NCBI GenBank assembly: GCA_002309255.1
Contig: DBXI01000076.1
Span: 30,946 to 94,945 of the forward strand
Length of the DNA stretch: 64,000 nt
Direction: 5' to 3'
Origin: Bacteroidales bacterium UBA1216
GTDB lineage: Bacteria; Bacteroidota; Bacteroidia; Bacteroidales; Paludibacteraceae
Part shown: positions 53,376 through 61,952 of the stretch, piece after piece
Layout: each line of letters starts with the position of its first letter
Numbering within the stretch: the stretch's first letter is position 1
The notes under the pieces: generated by a model
What the model saw: only the letters and a program-made list of their open reading frames with translations
The model's database searches: none
What the model was told of the DNA's origin: nothing
Position numbers and translations under genes: made by a program

Positions 53376-54269
53376 GTTGTGTATCATATTCCTGCGATGC
53401 TGAATGAGGTGCTTGATGGCCTGCATATCGATGCCGACCGCGAGCAGGTGTTCGTTGATGCCACGTTTGGCGGCGGCGGACATAGCCGGGGCATCATAGA
53501 GCGCATGAGCAGTCGTTCGCGGCTCTTCGGTATAGATCAGGATCTGGATGCTTACGCCAACTGCATCAGCGATGAGCGGTTCACGTTCGTGAGAAGTAAC
53601 TTCCGCTACATTGCTAACTTCATGGATTACTATGGCGTAGAGCAGGTGGATGGTATATTGGCTGACTTGGGTGTAAGTTTTCATCACTTCGATGCTGGCG
53701 AACGAGGCTTCTCTTTCCGCTTCGATGCGCCGCTTGATATGCGCATGAACAGGCGACAGAAACTATCGGCAGCCGATGTTATTAATAACTACAGCGAGGA
53801 AGATTTGGCGCGCGTAATGTATCTATACGGTGAGTTCCGCGACTCACACGCCATGGCGCGGCAGATCGTCAGCCGCCGCACTCTGCAGGCGATTCTCACC
53901 ACGCAGCAGTTGCTCGATAGTGTCCGTCTAAAGGACAAACAAGATGCAGCACGACTCTTCCAAGCCCTGCGCATAGAGGTTAACGATGAGCTCGGCGCCC
54001 TGCGCGAACTCCTGCAGGCCGCAACACAACTGCTCGCGCCTGGCGGACGACTGGTGATCCTGACATACCACTCATTGGAGGATCGCATCGTCAAGAACTT
54101 TATGCGCTCGGGTAACACCGAAGGATCAATAGAGAAAGACTTCTACGGGAATATACTGACCCCCTTCAAGGTGATAGAGAAAGGACGCAGCGCCTCTGCC
54201 GATGAGGTGGAGCGAAATCCTCGCGCACGATCTGCCAAGCTCCGCGTAGCAGAACGCTTAAATGACTAA
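53367..54269 (+). CDS. rsmH: 16S rRNA (cytosine1402-N4)-methyltransferase
   Basis: YHIPAMLNEVL, DATFGGGGHS, DLGVSFHHFD and SLEDRIVKNF are RsmH/MraW motifs. Start is uncertain: GTG at 53367 or in-frame GTG at 53379. The last codons (AAT GAC TAA) lie in the TAAATGACTAAAT motif. Confidence 0.9.
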   Translation: MEEVVYHIPAMLNEVLDGLHIDADREQVFVDATFGGGGHSRGIIERMSSRSRLFGIDQDLDAYANCISDERFTFVRSNFRYIANFMDYYGVEQVDGILADLGVSFHHFDAGERGFSFRFDAPLDMRMNRRQKLSAADVINNYSEEDLARVMYLYGEFRDSHAMARQIVSRRTLQAILTTQQLLDSVRLKDKQDAARLFQALRIEVNDELGALRELLQAATQLLAPGGRLVILTYHSLEDRIVKNFMRSGNTEGSIEKDFYGNILTPFKVIEKGRSASADEVERNPRARSAKLRVAERLND

Positions 54270-54311
54270 ATGGTCAAATACATGATAAAATAGTAAATGT
54301 CTAAATGAGGA

Positions 54312-54632
54312 ATGGATAAACGATTAAGTTTGCTACAAAAGATCCTGAACGGTGACATCTTCCGCGCCGAACGGGTTTCGCGCCACTATCGACTGCTGGC
54401 GCTGATTGGTATATACATCTTCCTGAGCATACTGATGGGCTTCGTGTCCGAATGGCAGTACGTGCGTATCGGCGCGCTGAAGAAAGAGTTGCAAGATACT
54501 CGCAACGAGGAACTGACCATCAGCTCGGAGCTGGTGAACAGTACGCGGCAGTCGGCCGTGCTGCGTGCACTCAAAGACAATGGCAGCAAGCTCCGCGAAG
54601 CAAATACACCTGTGATTGTCGTAAATGACTAA
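54312..54632 (+). CDS. FtsL-like cell division protein
   Basis: 106 aa with a single TM (LLALIGIYIFLSILMGF) followed by a short coiled coil. Canonical position between rsmH and ftsI. Confidence 0.75.
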   Translation: MDKRLSLLQKILNGDIFRAERVSRHYRLLALIGIYIFLSILMGFVSEWQYVRIGALKKELQDTRNEELTISSELVNSTRQSAVLRALKDNGSKLREANTPVIVVND

Positions 54633-54646
54633 ATAGTAAATATATT

Positions 54647-56485
54647 GTGCCTGATAACCGACAAAATACTGTCTTCCGTTTCGCGCTGGTGTTCCTGCTT
54701 ATCGCAGCAGGCTTTGTGATTGTGCTGGCTTACATCATCCGCATCCAGTGGTTTGAACGTGACAAGTGGCTGGGTACGGACTCCAGCCGCAAGCCCAATG
54801 TAACCGTAATTGCGCCCCAGCGCGGTAACATCCTTGACCACGAAGGTCGTCTGCTCGCCGGCAGCATACCCGGGTACTATGTGTATATGGATACACGTGT
54901 GCCCGCACTCCATCAAGGCGGAGACACACTCTTCTACCGATATGTCGATAGTGTGGCTATCGGCCTGAACCGCATCTTGCCCGATGCAGACGGTGCGGCC
55001 GGGTACAAGAGGAAGATGATCAAGTCGTTCAACCATAAGAATGGCAAGAATCTGCGGGGGGTGAAACTGGAAAATGGTACGGTTCTCAAGCTCTGCCCCA
55101 ACCGTGTGTCGTATATCCAGAAAAGGGAAATAGAGAAGATCCCGCTGTTCAATAGGGGGTACTACAAGTCCGGCCTGCACTTTAAGGATGCTCCGCAGCG
55201 TAAGAAACCGTTCGGTTCGCTCGCATCGCGTACCATAGGTAATATCCTCAGCAACGGAAAAGGTAACACCGGGTTGGAGAAGACCTTTGAGGATGACTTG
55301 CATGGCATAGACGGTTTAGCGGTGCGCGAACGCATGGGCGGCAAGTGGGAGAACGTGCCGGTGCGCGAGGCTATCAACGGCTACGATCTGGTCACTACGC
55401 TCGATGCCAACCTGCTGGATATAACCGAGACCGCCCTGCGCGGATGCCTAGAGCGCACACAAGCTGACTGGGGCTGCTGCATACTCATGGAGGCAAACAG
55501 CGGAAAGATCCGTGCTATCTGTAACCTCGACCGCAGTTCGGATGGCACATACAACGAGAGAGCCAACCACGCCGTTACGCGCGTTGAGCCGGGATCAACG
55601 TTCAAGACGATCTCGATGATGGCGGCACTCGATGACGGCAAGGTGAATCTGACAGACAGTTTTGAGGTATATAAGAAAGGCTGGACGTACCTCAGTTCCT
55701 CGCACACCGACGCCCATAAGTTCGACACGGTATTCACGTTGCGCAGTGCACTGGCTGTGTCGTCCAATATTGCCTTCGCTAAGATGGTTACTCAAAGTTA
55801 CGACAAGAAAGCATCGAAGTTCGTGGATAAACTCCAGTCGATGGGCATCTGCGATAGTGTCTATTCGGAGATCCCGGGCGCTCAAAAGCCGCGTGTTGAC
55901 GTGCCAAAGGATGCCGTAACACTTTCAAAGATGGCGTACGGCTACTACGTCGAGCTCACCCCAATGCAGATTCTCACGTTTTACAATGGGATTGCCAACA
56001 ACGGCCGAATGATTCGCCCCTATTTGGTAGAAAAGGTCATGGATGGCGACGAGGTCATCCGCCGCTTTGACACCGAGACAATCAAGAGCAGTATGTGCAG
56101 CAAAAGCACACTGGAGGATGTAAAGGTGGCTTTGCACGATGTAGTGTGGGACAACAAGCTCGGTACCGCGTCCCGACAGCCTTGGGGCGCGCCCAAAGCG
56201 CAGTCGAAGCTCGTTCCCATAGCCGGAAAGACAGGTACAGCGCAGATCCTACGTAACGGCAAGTACCAGACACGCGAACACCGGATGACTTTCGTCGGAT
56301 ATTTCCCCGAGGACAAACCGCTGTATTCCTGCATCTGTATGGTTGAGTTCCCGAAGAACTATGGCTATTACGATGCTGGTATGGATTGCGGATTGGTAGT
56401 CCGCCAGATTGCCGAGAAGACCATCGTCTACTCCGGACACTATGTGATAAAAGGTGACTCATTAGTTTACGAAAAGAATAAATAA
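54647..56485 (+). CDS. ftsI: penicillin-binding protein 3-like division transpeptidase
   Basis: N-terminal TM, PBP dimerisation domain, STFK (PGSTFKT), SSN (VSSNIAF) and KTGT (AGKTGTAQ). GTG start, with no nearby ATG. Confidence 0.88.
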   Translation: MPDNRQNTVFRFALVFLLIAAGFVIVLAYIIRIQWFERDKWLGTDSSRKPNVTVIAPQRGNILDHEGRLLAGSIPGYYVYMDTRVPALHQGGDTLFYRYVDSVAIGLNRILPDADGAAGYKRKMIKSFNHKNGKNLRGVKLENGTVLKLCPNRVSYIQKREIEKIPLFNRGYYKSGLHFKDAPQRKKPFGSLASRTIGNILSNGKGNTGLEKTFEDDLHGIDGLAVRERMGGKWENVPVREAINGYDLVTTLDANLLDITETALRGCLERTQADWGCCILMEANSGKIRAICNLDRSSDGTYNERANHAVTRVEPGSTFKTISMMAALDDGKVNLTDSFEVYKKGWTYLSSSHTDAHKFDTVFTLRSALAVSSNIAFAKMVTQSYDKKASKFVDKLQSMGICDSVYSEIPGAQKPRVDVPKDAVTLSKMAYGYYVELTPMQILTFYNGIANNGRMIRPYLVEKVMDGDEVIRRFDTETIKSSMCSKSTLEDVKVALHDVVWDNKLGTASRQPWGAPKAQSKLVPIAGKTGTAQILRNGKYQTREHRMTFVGYFPEDKPLYSCICMVEFPKNYGYYDAGMDCGLVVRQIAEKTIVYSGHYVIKGDSLVYEKNK

Positions 56486-56522
56486 TCCATCAGCTATTAT
56501 TGGCTGATCAAACAACACACAT

Positions 56523-57974
56523 ATGCTACTATCTAACCTCCTTCAAGCCATTGAGCCGCTACGCGTCATAGGTCGTACGGATGTTGATGTTCACGCTATC
56601 CAGTTTGACTCCCGCAAGGTCGAGCCCGGTGACCTCTTTGTTGCCCAAGTCGGCACAGCGGTTGATGGCCACACCTTCATTGAGTCCTGCATAAACAGAG
56701 GCGTCTCCGTGGTAATCCTAGACAATATAGCGTACTTAAACGAGACTAAACTGGGCGTAACTTATGTCTTGGTCAAGAGTTCCGATGAGGCACTCGGTCG
56801 CTTGGCGCATCAGTGGTACGGCTGCCCGAGTGAGAAACTCACGCTCGTAGGTGTCACCGGCACCAACGGTAAGACAACCATCGCCACTCTTCTCTATAAT
56901 CTGGTGCGTGCCATGGGCTATAAGGCCGGATTGCTCTCCACGGTTATCTACTACGTTGATGGACAGGCTTTTCCATCCACCCACACCACGCCTGACGCAC
57001 TCGCCCTGAATGCTCTGCTCGCACAGATGGTAGAGGTGGGCTGCGAATATGCCTTCATGGAGGTAAGCAGTCACTCTATCGCACAGGAGCGCATAGCCGG
57101 ACTACAGTTCAATGGCGCATTGTTCACCAACCTCACGCGCGACCATATAGACTACCATAAGACCTTCGACAACTACCGCGACACGAAGAAACGCCTATTC
57201 GACAACCTGCCCAAGAGCGCTTTTGCTATCACCAATGCCGATGACAAGAACGGCCTTATTATGACGCAGAACACCCGCGCTAAGGTCTATACGTACTCCA
57301 CGCAGAGCATGGCTGACCACCACGGCAAGATACTCGAGGAAGGCTTCGATGGTATGTTGCTCAGTATTGACAACCAGGAGGTGTTCGTCCCCCTTGTTGG
57401 CCGATTTAATGTATCCAACCTGCTCTGTATTTACAGCGCTGCACTCTGCCTCGGTTTCGACAAACTTGACGTCCTGCGCGTACTCAGTGCCCTCAAGCCT
57501 GTCAACGGTCGCTTTGAGACCATCCGCTCCCCCAAAGGCTGGACAGCCATCGTTGATTACGCCCACACACCTGATGCCGTGGACAACGTCATCCGCACCA
57601 TACGCGAGATAAAGAAAGCGGGCACTAAACTCATAACTGTAGTAGGTTGCGGCGGTAACCGCGACAAAGGCAAGCGCCCAATGATGGCACAGATCGCCAA
57701 GCGCGGTAGCGAGCAGTTGATTTTGACGAGCGATAACCCCCGCGACGAAGAACCTCGAGACATATTGAATGACATGAAAGCCGGTCTCACCGAAGAGGAG
57801 CTGCACAGCACATTGGTGATAGAAGATCGTGCTGCGGCTATTCAGACTGCCTGCACCCTGGCGCAGGCAGGCGATGTGATCCTTGTTGCCGGCAAGGGAC
57901 ATGAGGACTATCAGATCATCAAGGGCGTGAAACACCACTTCGACGACCACGAACAAGTACGCAAATACATCTGA
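56523..57974 (+). CDS. murE: UDP-N-acetylmuramoyl-L-alanyl-D-glutamate--2,6-diaminopimelate ligase
   Basis: GVTGTNGKTT P-loop, Mur ligase domains, DNPR motif (TSDNPRDE). Confidence 0.93.
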   Translation: MLLSNLLQAIEPLRVIGRTDVDVHAIQFDSRKVEPGDLFVAQVGTAVDGHTFIESCINRGVSVVILDNIAYLNETKLGVTYVLVKSSDEALGRLAHQWYGCPSEKLTLVGVTGTNGKTTIATLLYNLVRAMGYKAGLLSTVIYYVDGQAFPSTHTTPDALALNALLAQMVEVGCEYAFMEVSSHSIAQERIAGLQFNGALFTNLTRDHIDYHKTFDNYRDTKKRLFDNLPKSAFAITNADDKNGLIMTQNTRAKVYTYSTQSMADHHGKILEEGFDGMLLSIDNQEVFVPLVGRFNVSNLLCIYSAALCLGFDKLDVLRVLSALKPVNGRFETIRSPKGWTAIVDYAHTPDAVDNVIRTIREIKKAGTKLITVVGCGGNRDKGKRPMMAQIAKRGSEQLILTSDNPRDEEPRDILNDMKAGLTEEELHSTLVIEDRAAAIQTACTLAQAGDVILVAGKGHEDYQIIKGVKHHFDDHEQVRKYI

Positions 57975-58036
57975 TTACATAGCCAAATGATTAAATAAAT
58001 GGCCAAATGGTAAATGACTAAATTGTAAATTACTTT

Positions 58037-59308
58037 ATGTTATATTCACTTTTTACACATTTTAGCGACGTGCTTGGTGCACGTTTGTTCACGTACATCT
58101 CTTTCCGCGCGATTATGGTGGCGGTGATTGCCTTCGTTGTGAGCGTGTGGTTCGGGAAATTCTTCATCGCACTGCTTAAACGCCAGAACATCTCAGAACA
58201 GCAGCGCGACGAGAAGATCGATCCGTTCAATGTGGCTAAGAAAGGAGTACCCACCATGGGCGGCGTGGTGCTGATCGTGGCGACCGTAGTGCCTGTGCTG
58301 ATCATGGGCAACCTGAGTAACATCTACCTCTGGTTGATGCTTATCACCACCCTAATTCTTGGCGCATTGGGATTTGCAGATGACTACATCAAGACCTTCA
58401 AGCATAACAAGGAGGGACTGAACGGCTGGGTGAAGATCATCGGACAGGTGACATTGGGACTGATTGTCGGCCTCACGCTGCGTTACGCACCGATGACAAC
58501 GATGAACGAGACTGTTACCGTGCACTACGAAAATAACGTCCGCGTGGTGGAGAAGTCTCCGGAAGTAAAATCCACAAGGACTACTATTCCTTTTGTTAAG
58601 AACCATAACGCCAACTATGCGGATATGTTCTCTTTCCTCGGTGACGAGATGAAGTATCGTGCCGGTTGGATCTTCTTTGTGCTGCTAACAGTGTTCGTGG
58701 TAGCGGCGGTGAGCAACGGCGCAAACCTGAACGACGGGATGGACGGCATGTGTGCGGGTAATAGTGCACTCATTGGTGTTGCACTCATTGTGCTGGCCTA
58801 TGTGTCGGGTAACACGATGCTGGCCGATTACTTCGATGTAATGTATATACCGGGCAGCGAAGAACTGGTGGTGTTCCTCGGAGCATTCGTAGGCGCGCTG
58901 GTAGGCTTCCTGTGGTTCAACGGCTTCCCTGCACAGATCTTCATGGGCGACACGGGCAGCCTGACCATCGGTGGCATCATTGGCGTGTGCGCCGTGATCA
59001 TCCACAAAGAACTGCTCGTTCCTATCCTATGCGGTGTATTCCTGATGGAGAGTGTATCAGTCATTCTGCAGACGCAGGTATATAAGTTCAGCAAGCGTCG
59101 CGGCCAACGTGTGCGCGTGTTCAAGCGCGCGCCGCTGCACGACCATTTCCGCACCTCGGTGGAGCAGGTGCTCAAGAATGATCCTACCTGTCGCATCCTG
59201 TGCAAAGGCAAGAGTGAACTGCACCATGAGACGAAGATCGTCCTCCGCTTCTGCATCGTAACACTCCTGTTGGCTGCATTTACAATACTAACCCTAAAAA
59301 TCCGTTAA
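58037..59308 (+). CDS. mraY: phospho-N-acetylmuramoyl-pentapeptide-transferase
   Basis: PTMGG, NLNDGMDGM (NxxDGxDG) and GDTGSL motifs. Polytopic membrane protein. Confidence 0.95.
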   Translation: MLYSLFTHFSDVLGARLFTYISFRAIMVAVIAFVVSVWFGKFFIALLKRQNISEQQRDEKIDPFNVAKKGVPTMGGVVLIVATVVPVLIMGNLSNIYLWLMLITTLILGALGFADDYIKTFKHNKEGLNGWVKIIGQVTLGLIVGLTLRYAPMTTMNETVTVHYENNVRVVEKSPEVKSTRTTIPFVKNHNANYADMFSFLGDEMKYRAGWIFFVLLTVFVVAAVSNGANLNDGMDGMCAGNSALIGVALIVLAYVSGNTMLADYFDVMYIPGSEELVVFLGAFVGALVGFLWFNGFPAQIFMGDTGSLTIGGIIGVCAVIIHKELLVPILCGVFLMESVSVILQTQVYKFSKRRGQRVRVFKRAPLHDHFRTSVEQVLKNDPTCRILCKGKSELHHETKIVLRFCIVTLLLAAFTILTLKIR

Positions 59309-59310
59309 CA

Positions 59311-60657
59311 ATGAAACGAATGGTTGTTCTGGGTGCCGGCGAAAGCGGCGTAGGTGCTGCTATCCTTGCCAAGGAGAAAGGCTACGAGGTGTTTGTGAGC
59401 GACATGGGTGAGATCAAGCCACACTATGCTGCGCTGCTCGACCAGCACGGCTTACCTTACGAGAGCGGCAAACATACAGCCGAACTGATTCTAAATGCCG
59501 ACGAGGTTGTCAAATCGCCAGGGATACCGGATAGTGCTCCGATGGTCAAAGCACTTATAGAGCAAGGAACGCCGATTATCTCCGAGATTGAGTTCGCTGC
59601 TCGCTATACGCATGCGAAGATGATCTGCATCACAGGATCGAACGGCAAGACAACAACAACCTCGCTCATCTTCGACATGCTCCGTCGCGCCGGACTGGAT
59701 GTCGGCTTGGCGGGGAACATAGGCAATTCACTCGCCCTGCAGGTGGCGCAACATGATAGGCAGTACTACGTGATCGAGCTCTCATCCTTCCAACTGGATA
59801 ACATGTACGACTTCCGTGCTGATGTGGCTATCTTGCTCAATATCACCCCCGACCACCTCGACCGCTACAACTTCGAGTTCCAGAACTACATCGACGCCAA
59901 GATGCGCATCATACGCAACCAGCGCCACGAGGATGCGCTCATCTACTGGAGTGGTGACCCTGTGCTCGACCGCGAGATAGAGAAGCTCCGACCGACTGCC
60001 ACCCTTTATCCGTTCGGCGAAGAGGTCGCGCAGAATGTAGCCTACGTGGAGCGCGGACAGATGGTAGTCAAGGCATTCACGCCGCTGGAGCTACCTGTTG
60101 AACTACTCTCACTCAAGGGCAAGCACAACCAGTACAACTCCATGGCAGCAGCGATCACCGCACAATTGCTGCATATCAAGAACGATGTGATCCGCGAGAG
60201 CCTGACCAAGTTTGAAGGGGTGGAGCACCGTCTGCAATATGTAGCCACGGTGCGCGGTGTGCGCTGGATTAACGACAGCAAGGCTACGAACGTCAACTCC
60301 TGCTGGTACGCGCTTGAGGCAATGACCACATCTATAGTACTCATCCTCGGCGGCAAGGATAAAGGTAACGACTACAGCGAGATTGATGAACTGGTGAAAC
60401 AGAAATGTCACACATTGGTGTTCATGGGGCTACATAACGAGAAACTCATCGAGCACTTCTCCGCTCTTGGCTATTCGCCCGATGGTGAGCGGCGGTATAT
60501 CGATACTCACACCCTTGCCGATGCCGTGCAGGCCTGTTATGATGTAGCGCGAGACGGAGATACCGTGCTGCTCTCACCCTGTTGTGCCAGCTTTGATCTG
60601 TTCAAGTCATATGAGGATCGCGGCGAGCAATTCATGAAGGCGGTAAAGAACTTGTAA
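59311..60657 (+). CDS. murD: UDP-N-acetylmuramoylalanine--D-glutamate ligase
   Basis: VVLGAGESGVGAA Rossmann N-domain, ITGSNGKTTTT P-loop, Mur ligase C-domain. Confidence 0.93.
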   Translation: MKRMVVLGAGESGVGAAILAKEKGYEVFVSDMGEIKPHYAALLDQHGLPYESGKHTAELILNADEVVKSPGIPDSAPMVKALIEQGTPIISEIEFAARYTHAKMICITGSNGKTTTTSLIFDMLRRAGLDVGLAGNIGNSLALQVAQHDRQYYVIELSSFQLDNMYDFRADVAILLNITPDHLDRYNFEFQNYIDAKMRIIRNQRHEDALIYWSGDPVLDREIEKLRPTATLYPFGEEVAQNVAYVERGQMVVKAFTPLELPVELLSLKGKHNQYNSMAAAITAQLLHIKNDVIRESLTKFEGVEHRLQYVATVRGVRWINDSKATNVNSCWYALEAMTTSIVLILGGKDKGNDYSEIDELVKQKCHTLVFMGLHNEKLIEHFSALGYSPDGERRYIDTHTLADAVQACYDVARDGDTVLLSPCCASFDLFKSYEDRGEQFMKAVKNL

Positions 60658-60668
60658 TTCATGCAACA

Positions 60669-61922
60669 ATGGACAAAGGACGAGGTTTAGATCTAATCAA
60701 GCAGAAACTCAAGTATATCGACAAGACGTACTGGACGGTGTTCATCCTGCTGGTAGCGTTTGCTGTGCTGGAGCTCTTCTCGGCATCGAGTACGCTGGCT
60801 TTCAAGTCTGGCAGCCTGTTGGGACCAGTGTGGCATCAAGTGCGTTTCATACTTGTTGGCGCAGCCATTGGGTTTGTGGTGCAGCTGCTGCCTTCCAAGA
60901 TTGTGCGCTTCGGTGGTTATGCGCTGCTTGGCTTGGCTCTGATCTGCTTGTACCTGATGATCATCCCGGGCAACCCCTTCGTGAGTAACATCAATGACGC
61001 CGAGCGATGGTTCAAGATCTTCGGATTCAGTTTTCAACCATCGGAATTAGCCAAGCTTGGTCTGATCATCGTGGTGGCTGACCGTCTGTCGCAGGCGCAT
61101 AGCGAGGAGGAATTGGTCAAGCTGTTCTACCAGACCTTGGCACTATCGGCTATCGTGATCTTCCCCATTCTAATCGGAAACCTCTCCACAGCACTGCTGC
61201 TTTCTGGTGTGGTGTTCCTGATGTGGTTCCTGGCACGCGTTCCTCTCAAGTACTTAGGTGGCATTTTGGCCATTGCTATCATCCTGCTGGTATCAGGATA
61301 CTTCATCGTGGAGTTCGGCTTTGTGCGCGCTCATCGTCCCTTAGGCGGACCTTTCAAACGTGCGATCACCTGGGTGGGACGTATTGACAAGTTCCTTGCT
61401 GACGACGATGTTCCTGACGCCGATGACGACTACCAACGCACTCATGCTACCATGGCTATCGCACGCGGTGGGGTTTCGCCTCTTGGCGTGCTGCCTGGCA
61501 ACAGTGTCGAGCGAAACTTCCTGCCGCTGGCGTATGCGGATTATATCTTCGCCATCATCGTTGAGGAGACCGGAATCATTGGGGCGCTGGTTCTTATCGT
61601 GCTGTATGTAGTGGTGCTCTTCCGAGCGTGCAATACATCATCTAAATATGCCGACTATGGTGCCATGCTCATGGTGATGGGTTTGGCTCTAATGCTCACC
61701 AGCCAGGCGTTTGTATCGATGGCGGTTGCAGTAGGTGTGGGGCCTGTGACAGGTCAGCCGCTGCCGATGGTATCTCGCGGAGGTACATCGGTGCTGGTCA
61801 CCAGTCTGTACTTCGCCATACTGATGTGCGTGAGCCGTGAGCAAAACGAGATGCAGGCGCAGATCGAACAATCGCGCTCTGATTCTTACGAAGATGTTCC
61901 GGAGATTCAGTTGGAGGGATAA
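60669..61922 (+). CDS. ftsW: SEDS protein FtsW (divisome peptidoglycan glycosyltransferase)
   Basis: FtsW/RodA/SpoVE motifs (QPSELAKL, ADYIFAIIVEETG, PLPMVSRGGTS). Follows murD. Confidence 0.88.
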   Translation: MDKGRGLDLIKQKLKYIDKTYWTVFILLVAFAVLELFSASSTLAFKSGSLLGPVWHQVRFILVGAAIGFVVQLLPSKIVRFGGYALLGLALICLYLMIIPGNPFVSNINDAERWFKIFGFSFQPSELAKLGLIIVVADRLSQAHSEEELVKLFYQTLALSAIVIFPILIGNLSTALLLSGVVFLMWFLARVPLKYLGGILAIAIILLVSGYFIVEFGFVRAHRPLGGPFKRAITWVGRIDKFLADDDVPDADDDYQRTHATMAIARGGVSPLGVLPGNSVERNFLPLAYADYIFAIIVEETGIIGALVLIVLYVVVLFRACNTSSKYADYGAMLMVMGLALMLTSQAFVSMAVAVGVGPVTGQPLPMVSRGGTSVLVTSLYFAILMCVSREQNEMQAQIEQSRSDSYEDVPEIQLEG

Positions 61923-61952
61923 GGCTTCGTTAAGGAATCTCGCCTATTTTGA

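Noticed and set aside
57195-57956. 253-aa minus-strand ORF
   Set aside because: Antisense to murE.
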